IMG/VR virus record: IMGVR_UViG_3300021088_000009
DNA from: a virus
Reading direction: 5' to 3' (one strand)
DNA: 64,000 nucleotides
Positions 1 through 8,357 of this stretch are shown one piece after another (the first letter of the stretch is position 1; each line of letters begins with the position of its first letter). The position numbers and the translations under genes are program-made. A model generated the notes under the pieces. The model did not search any database. It saw only the letters and a program-made list of their open reading frames with translations, and was not told the origin of the DNA.

Positions 1-218
1 GGTGGTGGTGGGGGATGCGCGGCATTATCGGTGTGTGCCGCCGGTGCGTGGGTTGGGGATTGTGTTTGTGCCTCGGTCGCCGAGTGATAATCGTTCGTTG
101 CGGAATACGTTGTCTGAGTTGCGTCGGTCGGGGGCTGATCTCACCAAACTACCTAAGGGTTGACATCTCGTATGTCAGAGGGTAGTTTGGGGGCACACCA
201 ACCAAGGAGGACAGCGCG

Positions 219-437
219 ATGGGTGCGAAGGATGACAGGCCGACGTCGATTTCGGCGACCAAGGCGGCCCAGATTCTCGGCCTGACCGTTGAGGAGGTGC
301 GGGAGCTGGTCAACCGGGGACACCTCCGGGACGCGAAGGTCAAGGGCCGTCGGTACATGACCTGGGACAGCCAGGTGAGGGATCTGGCCCGTCTGGGTGC
401 GGCGGAGATCCGCCGTTCGAAGTTGCAGGGGATGTGA
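219..437 (+). CDS. small helix-turn-helix DNA-binding protein (MerR/excisionase-like)
   Basis: AAGGAGGA RBS 8 nt upstream of the ATG. 72 aa. The motif SATKAAQILGLTVEEVRELVNRGHL is HTH-like. High GC3. Confidence 0.7.
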   Translation: MGAKDDRPTSISATKAAQILGLTVEEVRELVNRGHLRDAKVKGRRYMTWDSQVRDLARLGAAEIRRSKLQGM

Positions 438-446
438 AACAACTCC

Positions 447-491
447 CTCAAAGGGTTGACACCCCAGGATCAGGCGGGTAGGTTCTGGGGT
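447..491 (+). promoter_or_regulatory. phage early promoter copy P1 (CTCAAAGGGTTGACA-N17-TAGGTT)
   Basis: -35 TTGACA at 456-461. -10 TAGGTT at 479-484. Flanked by the inverted repeat gttgacacccc/ggggtgtcaac. Confidence 0.6.
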
Positions 492-523
492 GTCAACACA
501 ACTACACCGCCACGGAGGATCTG

Positions 524-628
524 ATGTTCAGCTACCTGACCGCCTTGTTCACCACGATCGACAGCGACGTGTACGCCACGGTCACGTGGGTGTGGAACGG
601 GGTGCTCGCGGTCGCCGACCTGTTCTGA
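524..628 (+). CDS. 34-aa hydrophobic peptide (MFSYLTALFTTIDSDVYATVTWVWNGVLAVADLF)
   Basis: GGAGGA RBS 5 nt upstream. Strong GC3 bias. Lies just downstream of promoter copy P1. Below the 60-aa track cutoff. Confidence 0.4.
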   Translation: MFSYLTALFTTIDSDVYATVTWVWNGVLAVADLF

Positions 629-649
629 GTGGGGTTCACTCGAACGGAC

Positions 650-691
650 CAACTCAAGGAGTTGACATCCCGTCTAGACGCGATTAATGTT
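650..691 (+). promoter_or_regulatory. promoter copy P2
   Basis: CTCAAGGAGTTGACATCCCG with -35 at 663-668. -10 TAATGT at 686-691. 17-nt spacer. Confidence 0.6.
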
Positions 692-731
692 CTTCCCGTC
701 AGCACGGAACGCCGAAGCCCCGGAGGACACC

Positions 732-1091
732 ATGAATCCCACGATCACCATCAGCGCCACCTACACCCCCGACAACAAGCCGCAGAGTTTCGCCGCGTGC
801 GGCCCGGAGCGGGCCAGCCGGGAGGCGGCCGAGGCGGACCTGGACTTCTTCCCGAAGATGACCAAGTTCGTCGTGGCGCGCGTGGGGTTCTTCCAGGATG
901 GTCAGTCGGGTCATTACTTCCAGATCCGGACGTCGGCGGCCTTGGCGGCGAACGGGGTCAACGGCGGGGTGAACGAGACGGGCGTGAAGCGGTATCGCGC
1001 GGTGGTGCGTAACGCGCCGGTGGTGGCATGGAAGGGCGACGAGTTCGTGAACAACTACTCGACGCGGGACGCGTTCGAGGCGGCTCTGTGA
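732..1091 (+). CDS. hypothetical protein (ANGVNG-motif family)
   Basis: CCGGAGGA RBS, ATG start. Lies downstream of promoter copy P2. Shares the motif AANGVNGgVN with the gene at 2184-2369. Confidence 0.65.
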   Translation: MNPTITISATYTPDNKPQSFAACGPERASREAAEADLDFFPKMTKFVVARVGFFQDGQSGHYFQIRTSAALAANGVNGGVNETGVKRYRAVVRNAPVVAWKGDEFVNNYSTRDAFEAAL

Positions 1092-1120
1092 CGACCGGCC
1101 TGGGGTGTCATCCTTTCAGC

Positions 1121-1162
1121 CTAGCTCAAAGGGTTGACATCCCGGGCCACCTTGATTAGTGT
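1121..1162 (+). promoter_or_regulatory. promoter copy P3
   Basis: CTCAAAGGGTTGACATCCCG with -35 at 1134-1139. -10 TAGTGT at 1157-1162. Confidence 0.65.
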
Positions 1163-1208
1163 CGTAGACAGCACGGAACAACCACCCCACGGAACCAAGG
1201 AGAATCCC

Positions 1209-1580
1209 ATGGCACACGAGATCCGTTGCGGCAACCGCACCGGGCACCGGTCGGAGCTTCCCGAGTACCACCGCACCGTGGAGGGGGTGCGCCGCTGCTA
1301 CCAGGGCACTGGGTTCCCGTGCAACTGGAACGTTCAGGTGCACACCGAGGATGGTCTGGTGGTGCGGGAGTGCTACGACGTGTCGGGCGCGATGGCGTGG
1401 GAGAACGAGCGGGGGTGGGAGTGCGAGTCGGGCCATGAGCACGTGCGTGACGACGTGCGCCGGGCGGAGGGCTGGGAGTACTGCGCAGACGACTGGGACG
1501 TGAAGGCCGTGATGGCGGGCGGCCGGATGCCGGTGGGCATGGACGGCGGGTCGTACACGAACTGGGGTGTTTCGGCCTGA
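1209..1580 (+). CDS. hypothetical Cys/Trp-rich protein
   Basis: AAGGAGAAT RBS, ATG start. Lies downstream of promoter copy P3. 123 aa. Confidence 0.65.
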   Translation: MAHEIRCGNRTGHRSELPEYHRTVEGVRRCYQGTGFPCNWNVQVHTEDGLVVRECYDVSGAMAWENERGWECESGHEHVRDDVRRAEGWEYCADDWDVKAVMAGGRMPVGMDGGSYTNWGVSA

Positions 1581-1586
1581 TCACTC

Positions 1587-2108
1587 ATGGCGGGGACGGG
1601 GTTTCGGCCCCGTTCTCTGCCATGGATCATCAGTCCACACAGGAGAAAGGGGTGGGTTGTGGTCAGCCTGTTGACGACGCGGATGCGTGTTCCGGCGGGG
1701 TCGCCGGTGGTGTGGAACGGGTATCCGGACTCGAATACGGAGCGGATGGCGGTGGTGATGATGCCGGGGCCGGTGCCGTCCAGTGTGTGGGCCCTGGAGT
1801 TCGGGAGTTGGCTGTGCCTGAAGTGGAATGGGCATCGTCAGGTGTGGATGGACATCACGCGGGAGCATCCGGTGGCGGATCAGCGTGCGTGTGTGGTGAA
1901 CGCGATGGTGGAGGTGGAGTTGCGGTTGCGTCCACGGCGGTATGCGTTTGTGCCTGATTCGGAGCACTATCGGGCGCGGCCGGGGGAGAGTGATCACGCG
2001 TGGTCGATCCGTGCTCGTCGTATTGAGTTGGATCATGATTTGGCGGTGTTGGCGCAGTTGCGGGCGCGGTTTTGGCAAGAGTTGTATGGGGTCACCCAAA
2101 CAGACTAG
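1587..2108 (+). CDS. hypothetical protein
   Basis: 173-aa ORF with high GC3 and G-ending codon preference. The start is uncertain because there is no clear RBS. It may be translationally coupled to the upstream gene. Confidence 0.45.
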   Translation: MAGTGFRPRSLPWIISPHRRKGWVVVSLLTTRMRVPAGSPVVWNGYPDSNTERMAVVMMPGPVPSSVWALEFGSWLCLKWNGHRQVWMDITREHPVADQRACVVNAMVEVELRLRPRRYAFVPDSEHYRARPGESDHAWSIRARRIELDHDLAVLAQLRARFWQELYGVTQTD

Positions 2109-2146
2109 CTCAAGGAGTTGACATCCCGGCCGGTGCCGACTAGTGT
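2105..2146 (+). promoter_or_regulatory. promoter copy P4
   Basis: CTCAAGGAGTTGACATCCCG with -35 at 2118-2123. -10 TAGTGT at 2141-2146. Confidence 0.65.
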
Positions 2147-2183
2147 TCTTCTTGTCAGCACAGAGCGAACCCCGGAGGCCACG

Positions 2184-2369
2184 ATGAGGATCACCACCAC
2201 CCTGAACGCGAACGGTGTCAACGGCATCATCCGCGTGAACGGTGAGGCCATGGGCGCGTACTGGGCGACCAGTGACGGCAAGTGGGGTGTTCGAGTCGAC
2301 GGCTTCCCGACGGCCGTGGTGGCCACCCGCACGGCAGTGCGCGCGTTCGCTCTCTCGGCCCTGTCCTGA
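2184..2369 (+). CDS. hypothetical small protein (ANGVNG-motif paralogue)
   Basis: CCGGAGG RBS, ATG start. Lies downstream of promoter copy P4. Shares the motif LNANGVNGiIRVNG with the gene at 732-1091. Confidence 0.65.
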   Translation: MRITTTLNANGVNGIIRVNGEAMGAYWATSDGKWGVRVDGFPTAVVATRTAVRAFALSALS

Positions 2370-2371
2370 CA

Positions 2372-2420
2372 CATCCCCGACCCCGGGGAGTCTGTCCCCG
2401 GGGCCCCCTTTTTCTTTCCT
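2372..2420 (+). terminator. rho-independent terminator
   Basis: GC hairpin ccccgaccccgggg...ccccgggg followed by the run CCCTTTTTCTTTCC. Confidence 0.6.
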
Positions 2421-2436
2421 ACCAAGGAGAATCGCC

Positions 2437-3204
2437 ATGAGCGTCAAGATCGTGAAGCTGACCGCCCTGAACGTGGAGGCCCTCAACCGGATGGCCCCCC
2501 AGGTCACTGGGCTGGTGGAGATCACGAAGAGCACCGCCACGTTCGTCGGTGTGACCGCCGGGGAGGCGGTGCGGATGGTGCTGAAGATGCAGGATCTGGC
2601 CGGTGACGCGTACGGCAAGACCAGCGGCCCGTACCCGGCGTTGCACGCGGTCCGCCGCAAGTTGGAGACGCTGGTGGCCGCCGAGATCACGGACCAGGAC
2701 CGCATGCGGGCCGAGTCCGCGAAGGTGGAGGCCATGCGTGACTCCGGCGCGCTGACGGATGGTCTGGCCGCCGCGAGGGCGCGTTCCGACGCCCGGGCGG
2801 AGCAGGATGCGGCGAACGATCCGTTGATGGTGTTGCTGAACACCACGACCCCGGCCGATGAGTCGGATGTGGCGCTGCTGGCGGAGACGATCGGCTTCAC
2901 CCCGGACGAGTTGGACGGTGCGGTGCGCCGTCGCCCGGACGGTGGCCTGGTGATCCTGGCTGGCAAGCCGGAGTCCCGCACCCACGCGGCCAGCATCAGC
3001 CCGGTGGGGGCACGGGTGCACGCGGCCTTGTCGGACGCGATGGTGGCACGCGCTGTGATGACACTGGTGGAACGGTCGGAGGCGGCCACGGTGGCGATGG
3101 AGCGGTTCCGTGCGGCGACGCGCCCCACCGGCCGTGTCGCGGGTCGTCTGCTGGCCGCGTCGAAGACGGGGCAGCGTCGGCCGAATCGGTCGCGTCGTGG
3201 CTGA
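2437..3204 (+). CDS. hypothetical protein
   Basis: AAGGAGAAT RBS, ATG start. 255 aa. High GC3. Confidence 0.7.
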   Translation: MSVKIVKLTALNVEALNRMAPQVTGLVEITKSTATFVGVTAGEAVRMVLKMQDLAGDAYGKTSGPYPALHAVRRKLETLVAAEITDQDRMRAESAKVEAMRDSGALTDGLAAARARSDARAEQDAANDPLMVLLNTTTPADESDVALLAETIGFTPDELDGAVRRRPDGGLVILAGKPESRTHAASISPVGARVHAALSDAMVARAVMTLVERSEAATVAMERFRAATRPTGRVAGRLLAASKTGQRRPNRSRRG

Positions 3205-3217
3205 GTGGTCGCGGCCG

Positions 3218-3397
3218 GTGCGGTCACGGGCCGGGCGTGCGGTGCACGCGGCCCCGACCGTCCTGCCCGAGAAGCTGGCCGCGTGGTTCCCGGGTGGGGT
3301 CACGGTGTGTATGCCGTGGGGCCGGTTGGGTGTGGAGTTCGTGGACTGCGACGGCCCGGTGACGTGTGCGTCGTGTCGCCGAGCGATGGGGAAGTGA
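3218..3397 (+). CDS. small zinc-ribbon protein, paralogue A (C-terminal motif CMPwG..VEfvDCDGPVTCASC)
   Basis: Reading frame chosen by GC3 and by motif conservation with the genes at 3398-3589 and 4153-4350. GTG start (3218, or alternatively 3242). Confidence 0.5.
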   Translation: MRSRAGRAVHAAPTVLPEKLAAWFPGGVTVCMPWGRLGVEFVDCDGPVTCASCRRAMGK

Positions 3398-3589
3398 ATG
3401 GCTGGGGCGACGTATCGGCCGGTGTGTTCCGAGCAGGGGTGGGTGGTGCATGCCGCGCCACTGTTGTCGGAGTCGGATCCGGGGTTTTATCGGGCGACGT
3501 TGTGTCGGCCGAAGGGGCGACGTTCGTACTACGAGCGGTGTTCTGGGCCGATCACGTGCCCGGCGTGCATAGAGAAAATGAGCCGTTGA
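3398..3589 (+). CDS. small zinc-ribbon protein, paralogue B
   Basis: The ATG immediately follows the upstream stop codon. 63 aa. C-terminal motif LCRPkG....ERCSGPITCPAC. Confidence 0.6.
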   Translation: MAGATYRPVCSEQGWVVHAAPLLSESDPGFYRATLCRPKGRRSYYERCSGPITCPACIEKMSR

Positions 3590-3599
3590 CCAAGGAGAA

Positions 3600-3869
3600 A
3601 TGATGCGTGAGAAGGTGGCGGTGGTGGTGTTCGCGGAGGTGGACGCCGTGGATTTCACGGACGCGGCGTTCGCGGCGGAGCTGGCGGTGAGGCAAGCGCT
3701 GTATGCGGCTCAGGTGCCGGCCGATGACGGACGGATGTGTGTGACGGCGCAGTGGCCGCACATGTCGGTTCCGGTGTGGCTGGGGCGGATCGCGGAGTTG
3801 AACACGGCGCGGAATCTGTTGGTGGTGTTGCCGGCGGCGGCCGCGTTTAAGCCCCGGGAGGAGGAGTGA
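3600..3869 (+). CDS. hypothetical protein
   Basis: AAGGAGAAATG start context. 89 aa. Confidence 0.65.
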   Translation: MMREKVAVVVFAEVDAVDFTDAAFAAELAVRQALYAAQVPADDGRMCVTAQWPHMSVPVWLGRIAELNTARNLLVVLPAAAAFKPREEE

Positions 3870-4153
3870 GTGAGGGGTTGCCGGTGATTCCGGCGGGCTG
3901 GCCGGGCTGGTCGCTTCGGGGGAAGCCGATTTTCTATCGGCATCGCGGGGTGTGGGGGGTGTTGGGGCCGGAGAAGATGATGACGGTGGGTCGTGCGTTG
4001 TCGGTGGCTCGGGCGGGTCGTTCTCCGGTGGCGGTGATTGTGGGCCGGCCGGTGGCGCGGTATGTGCACACGGATGGCGCGGTGTGGTTGTTGTGCGATT
4101 TCGAGAACACGGGGCCCCCGACGGAGCGCAGCAGGGAGAGGCGGCGGTGGTGA
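3866..4153 (+). CDS. hypothetical protein
   Basis: GGAGGAGGA RBS followed by a GTG start. Overlaps the upstream stop by 4 nt. Confidence 0.55.
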   Translation: MSEGLPVIPAGWPGWSLRGKPIFYRHRGVWGVLGPEKMMTVGRALSVARAGRSPVAVIVGRPVARYVHTDGAVWLLCDFENTGPPTERSRERRRW

Positions 4154-4350
4154 TGGGCCGGTGGAAGCGGGTGAGGTCGCGTCGGGAGCGGGTGGTGCAT
4201 TGGGCTCCGGTGGTTCCGGCGGAGGAGTGGATGGTGGATCGGGTGACGTTGTGTATGCCGCGTGGTCAGCGGAAGGCGTGGTTTGAGGATTACACGAGTG
4301 GTCCGGTGACGTGCGCGCGGTGTCAGACATTGATGATCGGTTCTATCTAA
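4153..4350 (+). CDS. small zinc-ribbon protein, paralogue C
   Basis: TGATG start/stop overlap with the upstream gene. Carries the motif LCMPrGq....DYTSGPVTCARC shared with the genes at 3218-3397 and 3398-3589. Confidence 0.6.
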   Translation: MGRWKRVRSRRERVVHWAPVVPAEEWMVDRVTLCMPRGQRKAWFEDYTSGPVTCARCQTLMIGSI

Positions 4351-4361
4351 AGGAGGTTGTG

Positions 4362-4550
4362 ATGGTGAAGTGGATGGTGGCGGCCGCGTTGGCCGTGGTG
4401 TTGGTGGGGTGTTCGGGGCCGCCGTTTCGGGTGTTGGCGGTGTCCGCGTCGGGTGCGGTGTCGTGTTCGGATGGGCATCGGGGCCGGATTGTGTTGGTGG
4501 CTCCGGGCCGGGTCCGGTCGATTCGGGTAGGTGACGTGTGTCCCGGATGA
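4362..4550 (+). CDS. putative lipoprotein (signal peptide with LVGC lipobox)
   Basis: AAGGAGG RBS, ATG start. N-terminal sequence MVKWMVAAALAVVLVGCSG. Confidence 0.6.
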   Translation: MVKWMVAAALAVVLVGCSGPPFRVLAVSASGAVSCSDGHRGRIVLVAPGRVRSIRVGDVCPG

Positions 4551-4747
4551 GGCAACAGGTGTGGATTGTGTATCGGTTGGCGGTGGACGCGGACGCGTGC
4601 AAGGTGTTGGTGGCGAAGCCGGCGGGGTGGGGGGAGTGGGATGCGGCGCGTCGGGAGGTGTGGGCGCGTGAGCGGTTGGTGGCGTGGCGTGCTCAGTTCG
4701 GTGGGGGGTTTGTGGAGTTTGTGACGTGGCGGGATGCGGGCCGCTAA
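4547..4747 (+). CDS. hypothetical protein
   Basis: ATGA start/stop overlap with the upstream gene. 66 aa. High GC3. Confidence 0.55.
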   Translation: MRQQVWIVYRLAVDADACKVLVAKPAGWGEWDAARREVWARERLVAWRAQFGGGFVEFVTWRDAGR

Positions 4748-4751
4748 ACCC

Positions 4752-4791
4752 CACTCAAGGGGTTGACATCCCGTCTGTGACCGGCTAGTGT
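4752..4791 (+). promoter_or_regulatory. promoter copy P5
   Basis: CTCAAGGGGTTGACATCCCG with -35 at 4763-4768. -10 TAGTGT at 4786-4791. Confidence 0.65.
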
Positions 4792-4828
4792 CTGTGGTGT
4801 TGACAGAGACCACCGCCAAGGAGTGACC

Positions 4829-5584
4829 GTGACCGAGCCGAGTGACAAGATCCTCAACCGCATCCGTGGCCTACTGGACAAGGCCGCGTCCACCGAGTAC
4901 GAGGGGGAGGCCCAAGCCCTCCGGGACAAGGCCATGGAGTTGATGGCCGCCTACGGCATCGAACAGGCCGTGCTGGAAGCCACCGGCCGCAAGGCGGCCG
5001 ACACCGTCGACAAGCTCACGATCCTGTTCAAGAACCCGTTCAGCTACGAGAAGCACAACCTGTTGCTGAACATCGCGAACGCGCTCAGCTGCAAGACACT
5101 GTGCTTCAAGTCTGGTAAGTCCGTCGATCAAACCGTGGTGGTCGGCCACACCGGCGACCTGGAACGCGTCGAATTCCTGTACACGCTCCTGCTGGTGCAA
5201 GCCGAGAACGGCGCGGCCAAGGTGAAGGCCGGCTACGGCGGCTTCTACACCCCCCGCGAGGTGGCCGCTCAAACCCGCTCGTTGCGGGCCGCGTACCTCG
5301 CTGGTTTCGGTGAGGAGATCGGCGACCGCCTGACCGCCCTCACTCAGAACGCGGCCACCCAGAACGACGCCGAACACGCGGGCGACGGCACACCGGGCGC
5401 GGCCCTGGTCCTGACGTCCCGCAAGGAGATGGTGGACCGCCAGTTCCAGGAGTGGTTCCCGCACACGAAGATGGGCGGCGGCCGCACCTATAACGGCGAC
5501 GGGTGGGCGGCCGGTCGGGCTGGTGGCCGCAACGCGGACCTCGGCCAGGATCGGTTCGGCACACGCGGCAAGGCCCTGACCTGA
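4829..5584 (+). CDS. DUF2786-like protein
   Basis: Lies downstream of promoter copy P5. AAGGAG RBS. The N-terminal motif ILNRIRGLLDKAASTEYEGEAQALRDKAMELMAAYGI matches the DUF2786 signature. Confidence 0.6.
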   Translation: MTEPSDKILNRIRGLLDKAASTEYEGEAQALRDKAMELMAAYGIEQAVLEATGRKAADTVDKLTILFKNPFSYEKHNLLLNIANALSCKTLCFKSGKSVDQTVVVGHTGDLERVEFLYTLLLVQAENGAAKVKAGYGGFYTPREVAAQTRSLRAAYLAGFGEEIGDRLTALTQNAATQNDAEHAGDGTPGAALVLTSRKEMVDRQFQEWFPHTKMGGGRTYNGDGWAAGRAGGRNADLGQDRFGTRGKALT

Positions 5585-5823
5585 TGGGCGACAGCGCACC
5601 CGCTCCGCTGACCACGGCGGAGCGGGTGGCGTTGACCGTCGCGGTTGAGACACTGCGACAGACGGCGCTCAACCTTCGCAAGGACTGGGACCTGTTCGCG
5701 GTGACTCACCCGGACAGGGCAACACCCGACGTGCACAAGGGCTTCCTGATGGCGGTCCACCGGATCGGCCACGCGATAGCCAATATTGAGAGGAACACGA
5801 ATGCCGAGGATCTTCGATCCTAA
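5584..5823 (+). CDS. hypothetical protein
   Basis: ATGA start/stop overlap with the upstream gene. 79 aa. Confidence 0.55.
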   Translation: MGDSAPAPLTTAERVALTVAVETLRQTALNLRKDWDLFAVTHPDRATPDVHKGFLMAVHRIGHAIANIERNTNAEDLRS

Positions 5824-6001
5824 GGACAAGTCGATCCGGACCATGCTGATCAAGATGGGGTGGAGGGTGGGGAGCGCGATCACGTTCGCCCAGGGGCACG
5901 CGATCATCGCGAAGGGCACGTGCCCGGGTTGCCAGCAGCGGTGGAGCAAGACGCACCGTAAGTGTGTCCCGGGCCTGTTCCCAAGCGAGACCGGCAAGTG
6001 A
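5801..6001 (+). CDS. hypothetical Cys-containing small protein
   Basis: GAGAGGAA RBS, ATG start. 66 aa. Carries the motif CPGCQ...HRKC. Confidence 0.5.
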   Translation: MPRIFDPKDKSIRTMLIKMGWRVGSAITFAQGHAIIAKGTCPGCQQRWSKTHRKCVPGLFPSETGK

Positions 6002-6014
6002 GGAAGTGAGCACG

Positions 6015-6908
6015 ATGGACACCGAGGAAGCCCTTCAGGTCGCCGACAAGGCAGCGGACCGGAGCACCCCGGCGGCGGACACTCCGTCGCTGGTCAACAT
6101 GATCTACGCCTTGGAGATCCTGGCGGACGGCTACCGTGTCGCGAACCAGAAGGCGCGGGCATGGGAGCTGTCTTCGACTCACGCGCATGATCAGTTGGCG
6201 CTGAAGTTGCGTCAGTCGAAGGACGACCGTCAGCGACTCGATCAGCGTCTGGAACAGATCAACAGCGAAATTGAGTCCTTGAACGACGAGTTGGACCACA
6301 CGCAAGGCTGCTGGTCGGATCTGATGGAGTTCATCCGGACCGCCCTCGGGTTGGATGAGCGGGCTTTGGATGACACCGTTGACGTGCGTCGGATCCTCGG
6401 TCGTGCCCTGGCGGACGCCCGTCTGTTCGCTCAGGTTCGGGACCTGGTCAACGGTGACTTTCGTGCCAGGTTCGCCCAGGGCGACACGGTGACCATCAAC
6501 GATTTCAACAACCCGGCCACGCCAGGGCACACCACGCGTGTGGCGGATGGTCACGTCTGGATGGCCCCGGTCGGGACCGACCCGAAGGACCAGGGCAAGT
6601 GGACTCACGTGGGATTCGCCCAGGGGGCCATGTGGAACGCGACGTTCCCGAAGTTGGCGGACCTGTTGGATCCCGCGACGGCGGACGCGTTCGCGTCTCC
6701 GGCGGTCCAGGAGTTCCCGGCGGGTGCGCCGGATCCGGACGCGCGGGTGACGCGTGTTCGACGGGTTGGGGGTAGCACGGAGTTCGTTCGTGCCGGCCGC
6801 TTGTCCACGGGCGGGAGTCTGTGGACCGGTGTCGACATGCCGGGGGGCGTGTTCCATCCGTGGTCCGCCATCGTCAAGTGGCGTCCGGTGGTGGAGGTGC
6901 GGGAGTGA
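6015..6908 (+). CDS. hypothetical protein with coiled-coil region
   Basis: GAGGAAG RBS, ATG start. 297 aa. Confidence 0.65.
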   Translation: MDTEEALQVADKAADRSTPAADTPSLVNMIYALEILADGYRVANQKARAWELSSTHAHDQLALKLRQSKDDRQRLDQRLEQINSEIESLNDELDHTQGCWSDLMEFIRTALGLDERALDDTVDVRRILGRALADARLFAQVRDLVNGDFRARFAQGDTVTINDFNNPATPGHTTRVADGHVWMAPVGTDPKDQGKWTHVGFAQGAMWNATFPKLADLLDPATADAFASPAVQEFPAGAPDPDARVTRVRRVGGSTEFVRAGRLSTGGSLWTGVDMPGGVFHPWSAIVKWRPVVEVRE

Positions 6909-7207
6909 ACGCGGATGACCATGAGGCGCAGCGGGAGGCGTTGGCGGCCGCGATCCACAAGCGGATGCGGTCCAGCTATATCGGCGCACCGCCCCCGTTG
7001 CTTCGTGGCGACGCGGAACGCGCGGTGTGGGCTGTCATCCATGAGGGGTGGAGCCCGCCCGTCTCGGAAGAGTTGATCGACCACGTGTGGGGCAAGGCGC
7101 ACGCGTTGGAGATGGAGTGTCAGGGGTGGGCGCGGATTCAGCGCGGCGACGTGGAGTGGATCTTGGCGGAGGCGGCGAAGGGTGTGCCGCCGGAAGGTGA
7201 GGAGTAG
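6905..7207 (+). CDS. hypothetical protein
   Basis: GTGA start/stop overlap with the upstream gene. 100 aa. Confidence 0.5.
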   Translation: MNADDHEAQREALAAAIHKRMRSSYIGAPPPLLRGDAERAVWAVIHEGWSPPVSEELIDHVWGKAHALEMECQGWARIQRGDVEWILAEAAKGVPPEGEE

Positions 7208-7404
7208 TGGGGTTTCCGTGGTTTGGTGGTGTTCGTGACGCGGATGGTCACCGTCATGTGGAGTTGATGTTGGGTCCGCAGGATGGGGCGGTGATCGAGA
7301 TCGGCCCGAACGTGATGGTGTGGGAGACCTCCGGTGGCCGCTACGCGCCGGTGTCGGAGGATGATGCGGGCCGGTTCTACTGGGATGTGGGGAGTGCGGT
7401 GTGA
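7207..7404 (+). CDS. hypothetical protein
   Basis: GTG start overlapping the upstream stop. 65 aa. Confidence 0.45.
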   Translation: MGFPWFGGVRDADGHRHVELMLGPQDGAVIEIGPNVMVWETSGGRYAPVSEDDAGRFYWDVGSAV

Positions 7405-7568
7405 GCAAGCACAAGGTGATCTTGAACGGTGGGCCGCGTGACGGCGCTGAAGTGGAAGTGTCCGGTAGCGCAACGGAATACAACGTGGCCGGGTCGGAGA
7501 ACGACGGCGCGTACATCGTGAAGGCCGGCCGCTGGGTGTGGGAGCCGAACAAGCGGAAGCGGAACTGA
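7401..7568 (+). CDS. 55-aa protein (GGPxDG paralogue 1)
   Basis: GTGA start/stop overlap with the upstream gene. The motif VILNGGPRDGAEVEV resembles motifs in the genes at 8184-8357 and 7571-7774. Confidence 0.45.
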   Translation: MSKHKVILNGGPRDGAEVEVSGSATEYNVAGSENDGAYIVKAGRWVWEPNKRKRN

Positions 7569-7570
7569 TC

Positions 7571-7774
7571 ATGGGACGCGACAAGAAGGGCAACGCTGCG
7601 ACGTCACGTGTGTTGCGGTGCGCGGGCGGCCCCTGGAACGGTCAGGACCGCATCGTGGGCGCACAGGGCACATCGCTGGCTGTGGCCGGCGAGAACGACT
7701 ACCGCTACGTGGTGTGGCAGACACGATCGGGGGCGGCGGTGCTGGTGTGGTCGGACAACAAGGCGGCGTGGTGA
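7571..7774 (+). CDS. hypothetical small protein (GGPxNG paralogue 2)
   Basis: ATG start. 67 aa. Carries the motif RCAGGPWNGQDRIV. Confidence 0.5.
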   Translation: MGRDKKGNAATSRVLRCAGGPWNGQDRIVGAQGTSLAVAGENDYRYVVWQTRSGAAVLVWSDNKAAW

Positions 7775-8184
7775 TGTCGGCGGCGGATGCGGCGGTGACG
7801 GCGTTGCGGGAGTCTGTGGCGACGATCATCCAGTCCTATCTGTCGGTGTCCTACGGGTTCGAGGAAGTGCAGGCGGCGAACGGGCGACTCCAGACGGCGC
7901 TGGCCGAGGAACGAGAGCGCCGGGTCGCGGCGGAGCGGCACGCGGCGGAGTTGGCGGACGTGCTGGCCGCGATGCGCGGGGAGCCCGCCCCGGCCGCGTT
8001 CGACGCGTCACGGGTGCCGCTGGGCATGTGCCCCCGCTGCCCGAAGGTGGAGTATTCGGGGCAGCGATTCAACATGAGCCGCTACTCCTGGGGTGTGGAT
8101 TTCGCGGGAGACGATCCGGGGTCGCGGCTGGTGTTCACACACCGGGAGTGCGGCGACGGCGACCACAGCAAGGACGGTGTGTGA
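7774..8184 (+). CDS. hypothetical protein with coiled-coil and Cys cluster
   Basis: TGATG start/stop overlap with the upstream gene. 136 aa. Carries the motifs CPRCP...HRECGDGDH. Confidence 0.55.
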   Translation: MSAADAAVTALRESVATIIQSYLSVSYGFEEVQAANGRLQTALAEERERRVAAERHAAELADVLAAMRGEPAPAAFDASRVPLGMCPRCPKVEYSGQRFNMSRYSWGVDFAGDDPGSRLVFTHRECGDGDHSKDGV

Positions 8185-8357
8185 TGGCGGGACGCGAGAC
8201 GGTCCAGGTGGTGTTCGAGGGCGGCCCGTTGGATGGGCGCGTGCGAAACATCGACGCGGCGTTGACGAAGTTCGAGCCTCGGGGATTGCCGGAGCGCGGC
8301 GTGTATGAGCCGGCGTGGCCGGGCGCGTTGCGGTGGCGGTGGAGGGCGACGGGCTGA
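8184..8357 (+). CDS. 57-aa protein (GGPxDG paralogue 3)
   Basis: TGATG start/stop overlap with the upstream gene. The motif VVFEGGPLDGRVRNI matches the gene at 7401-7568. Confidence 0.5.
   Translation: MAGRETVQVVFEGGPLDGRVRNIDAALTKFEPRGLPERGVYEPAWPGALRWRWRATG

Noticed and set aside
1581-3303. Long minus-strand ORFs (1581-3227, 548 aa; 2419-3303, 294 aa) antisense to the early genes
   Set aside because: They are Arg/Pro/His-rich low-complexity translations typical of antisense frames in high-GC DNA. They have no RBS. The plus-strand genes show consistent RBS, start and overlap logic and GC3 bias.
3205-3603. Track ORF 3205-3603 (132 aa, GTG start) as the gene following 2437-3204
   Set aside because: The alternative frame (3218-3397, then 3398-3589) has much stronger GC3 bias and yields two paralogues sharing a conserved Cys4 motif with the gene at 4153-4350. 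The 132-aa frame is Gly/Val-rich with no such features.
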